50,501 nucleotides of DNA from Gemmatimonadota bacterium (GTDB taxonomy: Bacteria; Gemmatimonadota; Gemmatimonadetes; Palauibacterales; Palauibacteraceae): positions 1-50,501 of the forward strand of contig JARRPS010000001.1 in the NCBI GenBank assembly GCA_037382625.1, read 5' to 3'. Both the position numbers and the translations under genes were made by a program. Under the pieces are notes generated by a model that saw nothing but the letters and a program-made list of their open reading frames with translations, ran no database searches and was not told where the DNA came from. Positions 9,982 through 19,559 of the stretch are shown in pieces (position 1 is the first letter of the stretch; each line of letters begins with the position of its first letter).

Positions 9982-10052
9982 CTGGCCCCCCAGGACTCGA
10001 ACCTGGATTACCGGCTCCAAAGGCCGGGGTCTTGCCGTTAGACGAGGGGCCA
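9982..10052 (-). tRNA. tRNA-Gln (anticodon UUG)
   Basis: I hand-folded a full cloverleaf. The acceptor stem is TGGCCCC/GGGGCCA with a U1-A72 pair and discriminator G. The anticodon arm is CCGGC-CTTTGGA-GCCGG and the T arm is CCAGG-TTCGAGT-CCTGG. CCA is not encoded. Confidence 0.9.
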
Positions 10053-10123
10053 GGGCGGACGCTGCGGACCCGACCTCAATGCCGGGCGTCCCGATCCGAA
10101 CTTGGCCGACGCAACCGAGAGCG

Positions 10124-11023
10124 TCAACCGGCCGGTGGGCCCAGCGTCACGGTTCGAAGCAGGCGCACTCCAGCTCTCCGGTGCAAGTCGCGCTCGGCCC
10201 GGTCCCGCGCCTCCTCGTCCTCGAAGATCCCTGCGAGGCAAGCCCCGCTTCCGCACAGCAGAGCGATCCTCGCCCCCGCTGCCAACAGGGCATCCCGCAG
10301 CACCGCCAGCTCCCGGTGACGACGGAACACCGGGCGTTCGAGATCATTCACGGCGAGACGCTCGAGGACCTCCCAATCGGTCAGAGCGGCCGGCTCGGGA
10401 AGCAGGACCGCACCTCGCTGCTGCGGGTTCGGGCCGCCGAGTTGCCGCTCCTTATCGCGATCGAGATCCAGCCAACCGTACGCATCGGCCGCACGCACCC
10501 CGAAAGGTGGCTGGGCGATCAGTACCGGCCGGGCGGGCGGCGGCGGAAGCGGCATCAGCCGGCGTCCCCGCTCCCATCCAATGGCCATCTCCCGGGTGCT
10601 CAAGCCGAACGGCACATCGCTGCCGAGATCTCCCGCGAGTCGGGCGAGCCGATCGGGCCCCGGATCGTGGTCCAGCAGCTCCGTGAGGGCGATCAGGACC
10701 GCCGCGGCATCCATACTGCCACCACCCAGACCGGCTGAGACGGGGATCCGCTTTTCGAGACGAATGACGACGGCCGGTGAGAGGTCGAGATCCCGATGCA
10801 GGAGATCCGCCGCCCTCCAGCAGAGGTTCTCCGGGCCTTCCGGCAGACTGTCAGCCCCATTCACCAGGAGTCGGATGCCGGGGGGGCCCGGCTCCACGCT
10901 GACCAGATCGGCGAGCGCGAGACCGAGCAACAGCGTTTCCACGGAATGGTAGCCGCTCTCCTCGCGCTCCAGCACCTTCAGCCGAAGATTGAGCTTGGCC
11001 GGCGCCTCTCTGGCCACGGTCAA
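10124..11023 (-). CDS. ispE: 4-diphosphocytidyl-2-C-methyl-D-erythritol kinase
   Basis: The product contains APAKLNLRLKVL...YHSVETL and the GHMP motif PVSAGLGGGSMDAAAVL. A TTG at 11023, with GGAGAA upstream, overlaps the upstream stop as TTGA. The 616-aa ORF in the track is an artefactual upstream extension through the neighbouring gene. Confidence 0.85.
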   Translation of the reverse strand: MTVAREAPAKLNLRLKVLEREESGYHSVETLLLGLALADLVSVEPGPPGIRLLVNGADSLPEGPENLCWRAADLLHRDLDLSPAVVIRLEKRIPVSAGLGGGSMDAAAVLIALTELLDHDPGPDRLARLAGDLGSDVPFGLSTREMAIGWERGRRLMPLPPPPARPVLIAQPPFGVRAADAYGWLDLDRDKERQLGGPNPQQRGAVLLPEPAALTDWEVLERLAVNDLERPVFRRHRELAVLRDALLAAGARIALLCGSGACLAGIFEDEEARDRAERDLHRRAGVRLLRTVTLGPPAG

Positions 11024-12069
11024 GATGGTTTCTCCGACCGCGTGGCGGTCTCGTCCGTCTCCACCGCTCGACCCACATCCGACCAGGAGAGCCCGAGCCG
11101 CTGCAGGTACCAGATTCCGATGACGGTCACGGGAATGAAGGTGAGAATGTGGTAGCTCGTCGCGAAGCTGACGACGCGCGCCGCGGAGACATCCCAGGGA
11201 CCGAGACCGACACGGGCCGCGGCCTCGAACACGCCGAAGAAGCCCGGGCTGGAGGGAGCCGCTACCGCGAACGCGATCACTGCCTGCAGGAAGTGAGCGC
11301 CGACGATTCCCGGCCCGCCAATGTCGAACGCTTCGAGGCCGGCCCAGATCGAGAGGGAGAGATCGATCCAGACGATGAAACTCCAGAACAACGCGCGGAG
11401 GAAGACCCCCGGAGATGCGAGTGCCCCGAGACCGGCCACGAAGGAAGCCGCGGCCCGGCTGGCACGTTCGCCGAGACGCTCGGGCAGCCATCGCACCACC
11501 GATGCATCGAAGAGCCGGGATGTGGCATCGGGATTCCGGGCGGCCAGCCAGAGCAGTCCGAGCCCGATCCCGAACGCGATCGCCCCGATGTTGGCGGTAC
11601 GTCGGACCAGTTCCGCCGTCGAACCATCGCCGAGCGGAAACCCGGGCAGGGAGATCGTGACGAAGAGAAAGATCGCCAGCACCACACCATCCAGGATCCG
11701 CTCCACGATCAGCGAGGCGATCGATGCGCTCAGCGGGACTGGTTCGGTCCGGGTGAGCGCGAATGCCCTCGTGAACTCGCCCAACCGGGCCGGGAGGACA
11801 TTGTTGACCGCGAAGCCGATGCAGACGGCTCCGAATCGCGAATCCAGGCTGGTGCCGTCGTACGACGGTTCGAGCAGCACCCGCCATCGAATCGCCCGAA
11901 GGCCGAAGCTGAGAGTCGCGAGAACGACTGCGAGCAGCAGCCAGAGGGGATTCGACTGCCGAAGCTCGTGCCACACCTCAGCCGCGGACACATCCCGAAG
12001 CACCCACGCCAGGAGGGCGATCGTAACGACGATACCCAGCAATGTCTTCCACCGGTGCTTGCCCATCAC
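11020..12069 (-). CDS. Flippase-like / lysylphosphatidylglycerol-synthase TM-region family membrane protein (UPF0104)
   Basis: The 349-aa polytopic membrane protein has the N-terminus KTLLGIVVTIALLAWVLRDV...LRAIRWRVLL, which is typical of this family. Confidence 0.55.
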   Translation of the reverse strand: MMGKHRWKTLLGIVVTIALLAWVLRDVSAAEVWHELRQSNPLWLLLAVVLATLSFGLRAIRWRVLLEPSYDGTSLDSRFGAVCIGFAVNNVLPARLGEFTRAFALTRTEPVPLSASIASLIVERILDGVVLAIFLFVTISLPGFPLGDGSTAELVRRTANIGAIAFGIGLGLLWLAARNPDATSRLFDASVVRWLPERLGERASRAAASFVAGLGALASPGVFLRALFWSFIVWIDLSLSIWAGLEAFDIGGPGIVGAHFLQAVIAFAVAAPSSPGFFGVFEAAARVGLGPWDVSAARVVSFATSYHILTFIPVTVIGIWYLQRLGLSWSDVGRAVETDETATRSEKPS

Positions 12070-12120
12070 GGCTCCCTCAGAGGTGTGCCGACCTGGCGTC
12101 GCCGACGGAGCGGCCGCGAG

Positions 12121-12849
12121 TCAGCTCTCACGCGCCCGCAGCACGATATCTTTCATCTCTCTCACGGCCCGCTCGAGCCCCGTGAATACGGCCCGGCTGA
12201 CGATGGAATGGCCGATGTTCAGCTCCTCGCAGGGGGCGATCCGGGCGACGGCCGCGACGTTCTCATACGTGAGACCATGTCCCGCATGAACGGACAGGCC
12301 GAGGCCGGTGGCGAGGTCCGCCGTGGCCGCGAGTCGCGCCACCGCGTCCCGGCGGCCGGCCGGCCCCTCGGCGTTGGCATACTCCCCCGTGTGCAACTCC
12401 ACGGCGTCGGCCTCGATCTCGGCCGCAGCCTGCACGGAGCTCGATTCGGGATCGATGAACAGTGAAGTCCGAATACCCTCGGCCCGCAGGCGGGAGACCG
12501 CACGCGCGGTGCGTTCCCGACCGGATCCGGTCAGGACCAGTCCTCCCTCGGTCGTGATCTCCTCCCGCCGCTCCGGAACGAGTGTCACCGCCGCCGGGCG
12601 CCAGCCGACCGCCAGTTCCACCATCGAGTCCGCCGTCGCGATCTCGAGGTTCACGCCTGTCCGCACCGTGCGCATGAGCAGATCCACGTCCCGGTCCTGT
12701 ATGTGGCGTCGGTCCTCACGGAGGTGAACGGTGATCCCATCTGCACCGCCGAGTTCCGCGAGCACCGCGGCTCTCACCGGATCGGGCTCGTCCGTACGTC
12801 GTGCCTGCCGGATCGTGGCGACGTGATCAATGTTGATGTAAAGCCTCAT
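12121..12849 (-). CDS. pdxJ: Pyridoxine 5'-phosphate synthase
   Basis: The product reads [24 protein letters not shown]...[17 protein letters not shown]. Confidence 0.9.
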   Translation of the reverse strand: MRLYINIDHVATIRQARRTDEPDPVRAAVLAELGGADGITVHLREDRRHIQDRDVDLLMRTVRTGVNLEIATADSMVELAVGWRPAAVTLVPERREEITTEGGLVLTGSGRERTARAVSRLRAEGIRTSLFIDPESSSVQAAAEIEADAVELHTGEYANAEGPAGRRDAVARLAATADLATGLGLSVHAGHGLTYENVAAVARIAPCEELNIGHSIVSRAVFTGLERAVREMKDIVLRARES

Positions 12850-12906
12850 GGACGGCTCCCGCTCGAGGTATCGGGTTCCCGGCGCCGGCTCGATCTTACC
12901 GGGAGA

Positions 12907-14076
12907 TCAGCCGTCCGGCGAGATCTTCGAAGCCGGCTCGACGTGCCGTACGCCGATCTCCGGTTGCCCTTCCCAGGCTCCGATGAGGGCTCGAGGTGCC
13001 CGGACGAGCACCCGAACGACGGCATCGCTGTCCGTGCGGCTCAGAACCTCGGCCTCCCGGTAGGCTCGGGCGAGTGTCCTGCCATCGGTGACGGGGATCT
13101 CGAGCTCGACAGTGGGATTCTCAGCCTGGATCCGGACGCGGAGAGCCCCGCGCAACGCCTGCAGTCCGTCTCTCTCCCGCACCGAGCTGAGGACGTGCGG
13201 GCCGAACAGACCCGCCGCTCTGAGCCGAAGAGCCTCCTCCTCCCTGTGAGTGAGCTGGTCGACCTTGTTGAAGGCGAGCACCGTCGGGTGCCCGGCGGCT
13301 CCGATATCGTGGAGCACGTCCTCCACTGCTTCCACCTGATGATCCCACGAGGGACTCGACGCATCGATGACGTGAAGAAGGAGATCGGCCTCGGCAACCT
13401 CTTCGAGAGTAGCCTGGAACGACGCGACCAGGCCATGCGGCAGCTTCCGGATGAATCCGACCGTGTCGGTCACCAGTGCCCTGTAACCGTCCCCGAGGTC
13501 GACCGCCCGGGTCGCCGAGTCGAGCGTCGCGAAAAGGCGATCCTCGACGAAGAGTTCGCTGCCGGAAAGCGCCTTCAGGATCGAGGACTTTCCGGCGTTC
13601 GTGTAGCCGACGAGCGCCACCCGGAACTCGTCGGCGCGGCCCTTCCTCCGCGTTCCACGCGCACGAGAAATGTGCCCCAGCTCCCTGCGCAGCCGTGAGA
13701 TCCGACGATCGATCATCCTCCGATCGGTCTCCAGCTGCGTCTCACCCGGTCCGCGGGTCCCGATGCCGCCCTGCGTCCGCGACAAATGGGTCCACATGCG
13801 CTTCAACCTCGGGCGCATATACTCGAGCTGGGCCAGTTCTACCTGGAACCGGGCCTCCGCCGTGCGAGCTCTGAGCGCGAAAATGTCGAGGATCAGCTCC
13901 GTCCGGTCCATGACCCGCAGTCCGAGCTTCTTCTCGAGTGCCGCACCCTGCGCCGGCGTAAGGTCTTCGTCGAAGACGACCAGGGAGGCGGAGAGTTCCA
14001 CCGCCAGTTGTTTCAGCTGCTCGGCCTTGCCGCGCCCGATGTAGAGAGCCGGGTGAGGAGAGGCGAGGCGTTGCAC
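12907..14076 (-). CDS. hflX: GTPase HflX. Coordinates run from the first canonical start; the real N-terminus probably begins near 14217-14229.
   Basis: HflX motifs are present: ELILDIFALRARTAEARFQVELAQLEY, GPGETQLETDRR and the G1 motif GYTNAGKSS. The conserved N-terminal domain (ERAILVG...LEELARLADTAGAEVVG) is encoded in frame upstream of the GTG at 14076, with no ATG, GTG or TTG available. Confidence 0.85.
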   Translation of the reverse strand: MQRLASPHPALYIGRGKAEQLKQLAVELSASLVVFDEDLTPAQGAALEKKLGLRVMDRTELILDIFALRARTAEARFQVELAQLEYMRPRLKRMWTHLSRTQGGIGTRGPGETQLETDRRMIDRRISRLRRELGHISRARGTRRKGRADEFRVALVGYTNAGKSSILKALSGSELFVEDRLFATLDSATRAVDLGDGYRALVTDTVGFIRKLPHGLVASFQATLEEVAEADLLLHVIDASSPSWDHQVEAVEDVLHDIGAAGHPTVLAFNKVDQLTHREEEALRLRAAGLFGPHVLSSVRERDGLQALRGALRVRIQAENPTVELEIPVTDGRTLARAYREAEVLSRTDSDAVVRVLVRAPRALIGAWEGQPEIGVRHVEPASKISPDG

Positions 14077-14232
14077 GAGGGTGCCGACGACCTCGGCACC
14101 CGCCGTGTCCGCCAGCCGTGCCAGCTCCTCGAGATGCTCGTCAACGAGGCGCTCGGGCTCGTCGAGACGCGGGGCACCGACGAGGATCGCGCGCTCGACC
14201 GGAGGTGCGAGTTCGATCGTCCTGGCCGTGGC

Positions 14233-15651
14233 TCAACCCTCCCCTTCGTCGGCGGTCCGGGTTCGCTCGCCGTCGGCGGCGGTCTGCCGCGCCGAACGGA
14301 TCGCCTCGATGCGATCCGCGATCCTCTTCTCTGCGCCGGCGTCGGCGGGCCGGTAGAACCGGCGCCCGCGCAGAGAAACCGGGAGATACTCCTGGGGCGC
14401 CACCGATCCCTCCCAGTCGTGATCGTACCGGTAGCCGGCCCCGTAGCCCAGCTCCTTCATCAAACCGGTAGGTGCGTTCCGTATGTGCATCGGCACCGGC
14501 TCGGCCGGCGTGTCGCGCGCAGCCTGCGACGCCCGGCCAAAAGCCTCGTATACCCGATTCGATTTCGGAGTGACCGCCAGGTAAATGCAGGCCTCCGCCA
14601 GAGCGAGTTCCCCTTCCGGCGATCCCAGCATGTGATAGGCGTCGCGTGCGGCCATCGCGACGCGAAGCGCCGTCGGGTCTGCGAGGCCGACATCCTCGAT
14701 CGCCATCCGAACCAGTCGCCGAGCGATGTACATCGGGTCCTCGCCACCTTCGAGCATGCGGGCCATCCAGTACAACGCACCGTCCGGATCCGAGCCGCGA
14801 ACCGCCTTGTGCAGCGCCGATATCAGGTTGTAGTGCTCCTCACCCGACTTGTCGTACCGGGCGAATCTTCTCTGAAGACCATGCTCCACCTCTTCCCGGC
14901 CGATCCGTCCCCCGGGCCCGGCCAGTTCGGCGGCGGTCTCGAGCGCGTTGAGTGCGCGACGTGCGTCGCCATCGGCGGCTTCCGCCAGGCGGCGCAGCGC
15001 TTCCGGGTCGGCCTCGAGCTCACGCTCACCCAGCCCTCGCTCTCGATCCGACAGGGCCCGCAGGAGCAGGCTCTGGACTGCCTCGGGATCGAGCGGCTCG
15101 AGCACGAAGACCCGTGTCCGGCTGAGCAGCGGACCGACAACCTCGAAGGAGGGGTTTTCGGTCGTCGCGCCCACGAGCGTGATCGTTCCCGCTTCGACGT
15201 GCGGCAGGAAAGCGTCCTGTTGCGCCCGGTTGAACCGGTGGATCTCGTCGACGAAGAGGATCGTGTCGGGGCCGCCGGCTCTCTTTCTTTCGGCTGCCTG
15301 CGCGATCAATTCGCGAACCCGGGGGATTCCCTCGGTCACGGCACTGAACGGCTCGAACCGGGCCCCGGTTCGGCCCGCCAGAATCGCCGCCAGCGTCGTC
15401 TTTCCACACCCGGGAGGACCCCAGAGAATGAGACTCGGCACCCGATCACGCTCGATGAGCTCACGAAGGGCCCCTTCGGGCCCGACCAGCTTCTCCTGAC
15501 CGGCGAACTCTTCGAGGGTCCTCGGTCGCATCCGCGCGGCGAGCGGTGCCCCCGGATCCGCTGCCATCGGACTCCGATCCGTCCGGCCGACATCGGGATC
15601 GAACAGGCCGGGAACGCCCGGACCGCCGTCAGAGGTCGGCATCGAGTCCAT
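14233..15651 (-). CDS. rarA: Replication-associated recombination protein A (AAA+ ATPase)
   Basis: The product contains PLAARMRPRTLEEFAGQ, Walker A GPPGCGKTT, Walker B LFVDEIHRFN and a MgsA C-terminal domain with YDLISALHKAVRGSDPD-like sequence. Confidence 0.9.
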   Translation of the reverse strand: MDSMPTSDGGPGVPGLFDPDVGRTDRSPMAADPGAPLAARMRPRTLEEFAGQEKLVGPEGALRELIERDRVPSLILWGPPGCGKTTLAAILAGRTGARFEPFSAVTEGIPRVRELIAQAAERKRAGGPDTILFVDEIHRFNRAQQDAFLPHVEAGTITLVGATTENPSFEVVGPLLSRTRVFVLEPLDPEAVQSLLLRALSDRERGLGERELEADPEALRRLAEAADGDARRALNALETAAELAGPGGRIGREEVEHGLQRRFARYDKSGEEHYNLISALHKAVRGSDPDGALYWMARMLEGGEDPMYIARRLVRMAIEDVGLADPTALRVAMAARDAYHMLGSPEGELALAEACIYLAVTPKSNRVYEAFGRASQAARDTPAEPVPMHIRNAPTGLMKELGYGAGYRYDHDWEGSVAPQEYLPVSLRGRRFYRPADAGAEKRIADRIEAIRSARQTAADGERTRTADEGEG

Positions 15652-16987
15652 CCAGAGCGCCCAGTTCGATCAACTCCCTGGCCTCGGCCAGCAGCGTCTC
15701 CCGCTGATTCCGGGACGGATCCTCGATCACCTGGGCGTGGAGTTCCTCGAGCATCAGGCCCACCAGCGGCCCCCTCGGGAGACCGAGCCCGATCATGTCG
15801 TTCCCGTCGACGGCCAGGTCGGAGAGTTCCAGGGGCGCCCCGCCCACCAGCTCGTCGTGAACGCGGCCCCAGACGTGGATCAGGGCCCGCTCCGACTCGC
15901 GAGCGCCCGAAGCGCGAGCGAGCGCGAAGTGCAGGCGGAACAGATCGCGGGCCTGATCCCGCCCGGCCTCGGAGAGCCACTCGCGAACCGCAGCCGCCGA
16001 GTCGACCGGACTCACGAGCGGCAGGTACCGACTCCACAGCATCTCGGCGCGACGCGACTCCGACCGGGAGAACTTCAATCGGTCCATGATCGCGGACACC
16101 GACGTTGCCCCGGCCGCCGGACGGTCCACCTCATCCGGGCGAGTCCCCGGTTCCCCGGCGTCCTCGCGCGGCAGCGCCAGCAACAGGCGCACCAGCCGGA
16201 GAAATGCCCGGGATCGAGGAATCGCGTCGATCGCAGCAAGCGTGCTCTGCCAGCGAGGGTCCTCGCGAGCGACAGTGGCCAGTTCCGGGAGCCAGTGATC
16301 CATCGCCCCCGTATCGGCATACAGCGCCAGGACTTCGCCGGCCCGTGGTCCCGCGAGGCTCTTCATGAGCTCCTCCCGGACACGCTCCGCGGAGAGGCGG
16401 TCGAGACCCGGCACGGCCGCCTCGAGGGCGGCTCGCGTGGCTGAATCGACCTCGAGACCGAAACGGCCCGCGAACCGGAGTCCCCGGAGCACCCTGAGAT
16501 AGTCCTCGGCAAATCGCTCCCGGGGGTCGCCGACGGCGCGCAGTCTCCTCTCCCCGAGGTCCTCGGCACCGCCGTGGGGATCACGGATCTCCCCGGTCGA
16601 CGGGCGCCAGGCCAGCGCGTTGATCGTGAAGTCTCGCCGAGAGAGGTCTTCCTCGATCGTCTCCGCGAATTCGACCACCGCGTGGCGGCCGTCCGTTTCC
16701 ACGTCACGCCGGAAGGTGGTCACTTCGTACAGCATGCCGTCGGGGGCCAGTACACCCACCGTTCCGTGCTCGATACCGAGGGGCACGGTGCGACGAAACA
16801 GGCTGCGCACCTGCTCCGGGTGGGCACTGGTGGCGATATCCCAGTCCGCCCGGTCGTCGCCGCTCCAGGCATCGCGGATCGCGCCGCCTACGCCCCAGGC
16901 CTCGAATCCGGCTGATTCCAGACGGTCCGCGACCCAGAGGAACCCCTCGGGCGGGTGAAGCTCCGGACGGCCCGTGTCGGCCGTCAT
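15629..16987 (-). CDS. cca: CCA-adding enzyme / poly(A) polymerase-family tRNA nucleotidyltransferase
   Basis: Class II nucleotidyltransferase head motifs are visible: GGAIRDAW, DWDIAT, RRDFTINALA and a LRAVG...RF.EDYLRVLR-like stretch. Confidence 0.8.
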   Translation of the reverse strand: MTADTGRPELHPPEGFLWVADRLESAGFEAWGVGGAIRDAWSGDDRADWDIATSAHPEQVRSLFRRTVPLGIEHGTVGVLAPDGMLYEVTTFRRDVETDGRHAVVEFAETIEEDLSRRDFTINALAWRPSTGEIRDPHGGAEDLGERRLRAVGDPRERFAEDYLRVLRGLRFAGRFGLEVDSATRAALEAAVPGLDRLSAERVREELMKSLAGPRAGEVLALYADTGAMDHWLPELATVAREDPRWQSTLAAIDAIPRSRAFLRLVRLLLALPREDAGEPGTRPDEVDRPAAGATSVSAIMDRLKFSRSESRRAEMLWSRYLPLVSPVDSAAAVREWLSEAGRDQARDLFRLHFALARASGARESERALIHVWGRVHDELVGGAPLELSDLAVDGNDMIGLGLPRGPLVGLMLEELHAQVIEDPSRNQRETLLAEARELIELGALDGLDADL

Positions 16988-16997
16988 ATCGATGCCC

Positions 16998-17780
16998 TCA
17001 CCCGCAGAGTACGCTCCCCCCGTTCACGTTGAGAACCTCGCCATTGACATGCCGCGCGAGGGAGCTGGCCAGAAAGACGATCGGGCCTGCGACATCCAGC
17101 GGCGTGGCGATCCGACGTACCGGAATCTCGCCTTCCACGACCGTACGGGTCCCTCCCCTGAGAACGTTCGCCGACATGTCGGTGTCCACCCACCCCGGTG
17201 CGACGGCGTTGACCGTGATGCCCGCGGGTCCCAGCTCCACCGCGAGGGACTTCACGAACGACTGAATCGCGCCCTTGCTGGCCGCATAGTGGCTGTGCTC
17301 GGCTTCTCCCCTCTGCGCCGCGGTCGACGTGACGAGCACGATCCGCCCGCCATCACCGAGACGACGGGCGGCCTCGCGAGTCGTCAGATAGACGGAGGTC
17401 AGATTGACCGCCATCATCTCGGCCCATTCCTCGGGGGGCAGATCGACGATCGGGCGGGGCTTCTCGTTCCAGATCCCCGCATTGCCCACGAACAGGTCCA
17501 GCTCTCCTCCGAACTGGCGATCCGACTCGCCGAACAATGCCTCCACCTGCCCGGGATCTGAGAGATCGGCCGCGAAACTCCAGGCGGATTTCGCTCCTGC
17601 CGAGAGCGCGAGCTGGGCCGCGCCTGCGGCTGCCTCCTCATCGGAACGGAATGCGATGCCCACCCGGGCGCCGGCTGCACCGAGGAGCTGAACCGTCGCG
17701 CGCCCGATTCCACGAGAGCCACCGGTCACCAGCGCCGCCTTCCCCGCCAATCCGGGCAGGAAGATGCTCGATCGGATCAT
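16998..17780 (-). CDS. Short-chain dehydrogenase/reductase (FabG-like)
   Basis: The product has TGGSRGIG, NAGI and the catalytic YAASKGA motif. The ATG at 17780 forms an ATGA overlap with the upstream stop. The 355-aa ORF in the track is an upstream extension. Confidence 0.8.
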   Translation of the reverse strand: MIRSSIFLPGLAGKAALVTGGSRGIGRATVQLLGAAGARVGIAFRSDEEAAAGAAQLALSAGAKSAWSFAADLSDPGQVEALFGESDRQFGGELDLFVGNAGIWNEKPRPIVDLPPEEWAEMMAVNLTSVYLTTREAARRLGDGGRIVLVTSTAAQRGEAEHSHYAASKGAIQSFVKSLAVELGPAGITVNAVAPGWVDTDMSANVLRGGTRTVVEGEIPVRRIATPLDVAGPIVFLASSLARHVNGEVLNVNGGSVLCG

Positions 17781-18385
17781 TCTGCCTTCTCCGGGTTCTT
17801 CCGTCGATCGGCGAAATGTGCATCCACCATGTCGGCGACCGCGTGCTCGATGGCGAGGTGTACCTCCTGGATGAGCGCCGTGTCCGATGACGGCACCCGG
17901 ATCTGCAGGTCGACGAGTTCCGCCAGCCGCCCGCCGCCGTGCCCCAACAGCCCCACGGTTCCGATGCCCATTCTTTCGGCCTCTGCCGCTGCCGCGAGAA
18001 GATTCGCCGACTCGCCGGAGGTGGAGTGAAGAACCAGCAGATCGCCCCTGCGGCCGAATGCGCACAGCATGCGGAGGAAGGCTCGCTCATACCCGAAGTC
18101 ATTGGCCGACGCCGTCAACTGGGCGGAACCCGCCGTGAGCGCGATGGCAGGAAGCGGTGCCCGCTCACGCTTCAAGCGCACGACGTACTCCGTGGCCACG
18201 TGCTCCACGGTCGCGGCACTTCCTCCGTTTCCGCACATCAGCACGCGCCCATCCCTCTCGAACGTCTCGATGACGAGGCCGGCATAGGCAGCCGCCCGTG
18301 CCGGGATTTCGTCGGCAGACCGTGTCAGCACCTCCGCAAGAGCGCTGAGGTGCGCCCGAGCGGACTCTTCTCGCCGGTCACTCAT
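17777..18385 (-). CDS. SIS-domain protein (phosphoheptose isomerase GmhA / DiaA-like)
   Basis: The product carries CGNGGSAA, LLVLHSTSGESANL and IQEVHLAIEH, which are typical GmhA/DiaA-family blocks. Confidence 0.75.
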   Translation of the reverse strand: MSDRREESARAHLSALAEVLTRSADEIPARAAAYAGLVIETFERDGRVLMCGNGGSAATVEHVATEYVVRLKRERAPLPAIALTAGSAQLTASANDFGYERAFLRMLCAFGRRGDLLVLHSTSGESANLLAAAAEAERMGIGTVGLLGHGGGRLAELVDLQIRVPSSDTALIQEVHLAIEHAVADMVDAHFADRRKNPEKAE

Positions 18386-19197
18386 CGCTCAGACCCCCGC
18401 ACCATGCGTCGCAGCCGTTTCACCAGAGAAGACGCGAGGTCCACGGGTGGGACCGGCTCCGTCGTCTCGCCGGCGAGAATCGCCGCGGGATTTTCGGACG
18501 TCAGAAGATCCGCGACCTCTTCATGCCCGGCGGTCACGAGCCGGTCCCAGCCTGCACGAAGCAAGGTCGAACGTCCATCCCGACCATGGTGGTCGGAGGC
18601 GAGGCAGTCCGCGTGACCCCGCGCGAGCATCTGATACGCGACGCGTTCCGATTCAGGCCCGTGCTCTCCCAGAAGGCTCCCCACGTTCACGACCATCACG
18701 ACACCTGCCTCACGCCACCGTTCGATCCACTCGTACGAACGTCCGATCCCCGTATACCGCTCGGGATGAGCGAGCACCGGACGCCACCCCTGGTTCGAGA
18801 CGCTGGCCAGCATCAGGTCGGGATAGGCCGGAAGCATGAGCTGCGGAAACTCGACCAGCATGGCACCCCCGCCGAGCGCGAGACCCGGGTCGGTGAGATC
18901 CGCTTCGGGCTCATCGATCCGGATCTCGAAAGAGAGCGTGAGATCCACGCCGGGAACCCGATCATCCGCCTCGCGCTTCAGTTCCTCGAATCGGCGCTCG
19001 ATTCGATCCCGCCATGAACTCTCGACGTGACTCGCAGACAGGTGCGGCGTCGTGACGACGCGCCGGATTCCAGCGTCCACGAACTCTTCGAGCCAGTGAA
19101 TCGCGTCTTCCGTGCTTCGGGCCCCATCGTCGACCCCCGGCACCAGATGGCAGTGCAGATCGACGAGTGACGCGGAAGGACCGAGCTCGATGTTCAT
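18382..19197 (-). CDS. PHP-domain protein-tyrosine phosphatase (CpsB/YwqE family)
   Basis: The product begins MNIELG...LVDLHCHLVPGVDDGA, with TPH and SDHH metal-ligand blocks. The ATG at 19197 overlaps the upstream stop by 4 nt. Confidence 0.7.
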   Translation of the reverse strand: MNIELGPSASLVDLHCHLVPGVDDGARSTEDAIHWLEEFVDAGIRRVVTTPHLSASHVESSWRDRIERRFEELKREADDRVPGVDLTLSFEIRIDEPEADLTDPGLALGGGAMLVEFPQLMLPAYPDLMLASVSNQGWRPVLAHPERYTGIGRSYEWIERWREAGVVMVVNVGSLLGEHGPESERVAYQMLARGHADCLASDHHGRDGRSTLLRAGWDRLVTAGHEEVADLLTSENPAAILAGETTEPVPPVDLASSLVKRLRRMVRGSER

Positions 19198-19559
19198 TCC
19201 GTTTCGGTGGCAGGCGCTCCGGCAGCCAACCGGTCGCCGAATTCGCCTCGGGGACCGATCTGCCGGCACAACGATTCGACGTCGGCGCCAAGCTCCGCCG
19301 CAGCCTCGAACGCGAAGGTCAGAACCGCGTCGGCGGAGAGCAGCCGCAGCGCGGACTGTCGACGGCCGTGACCATCGGCGACCTCGGTCAATCCCTTCAA
19401 TGCCGCCTGCGTCAGAAGTTCGGCGATGGCTTCCCCGCTCTCTCCCCGGTCAGCCGCGCCTGCGCTGCGCACGAGCAACAGTACGTCGGCACCGAGCTCC
19501 GGCGGCGCCGTCGCCAATCGAGACTCCAGCCACCGGATCGTGGCATCGAGCGTCGTCAA
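19194..19559 (-). CDS. Hypothetical 121-aa Ala/Leu-rich cytosolic protein
   Basis: The ORF is wedged between alaS and the phosphatase, with 4-nt overlaps at both ends. Its GC-rich third positions match its neighbours. I recognise no motif. Confidence 0.5.
   Translation of the reverse strand: MTTLDATIRWLESRLATAPPELGADVLLLVRSAGAADRGESGEAIAELLTQAALKGLTEVADGHGRRQSALRLLSADAVLTFAFEAAAELGADVESLCRQIGPRGEFGDRLAAGAPATETE

Noticed and set aside
4307-10052. A genomic island integrated at the 3' end of tRNA-Gln, comprising the plus-strand four-gene block.
   Set aside because: There is no integrase or recombinase. I could find no direct repeat of the tRNA 3' end near 4307-4455. Composition and codon usage are indistinguishable from the flanks.
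10124-11974. ORF-track entries suggesting much longer proteins. Examples are 616 aa at 10124-11974, 652 aa at 29215-31173, 571 aa at 45552-47267, 549 aa at 39824-41473 and 926 aa at 24077-26857.
   Set aside because: In each case the recognisable domain starts far downstream, at a start codon with an RBS or a stop/start overlap. The upstream extension either runs through a neighbouring real gene in another frame or through non-coding DNA.
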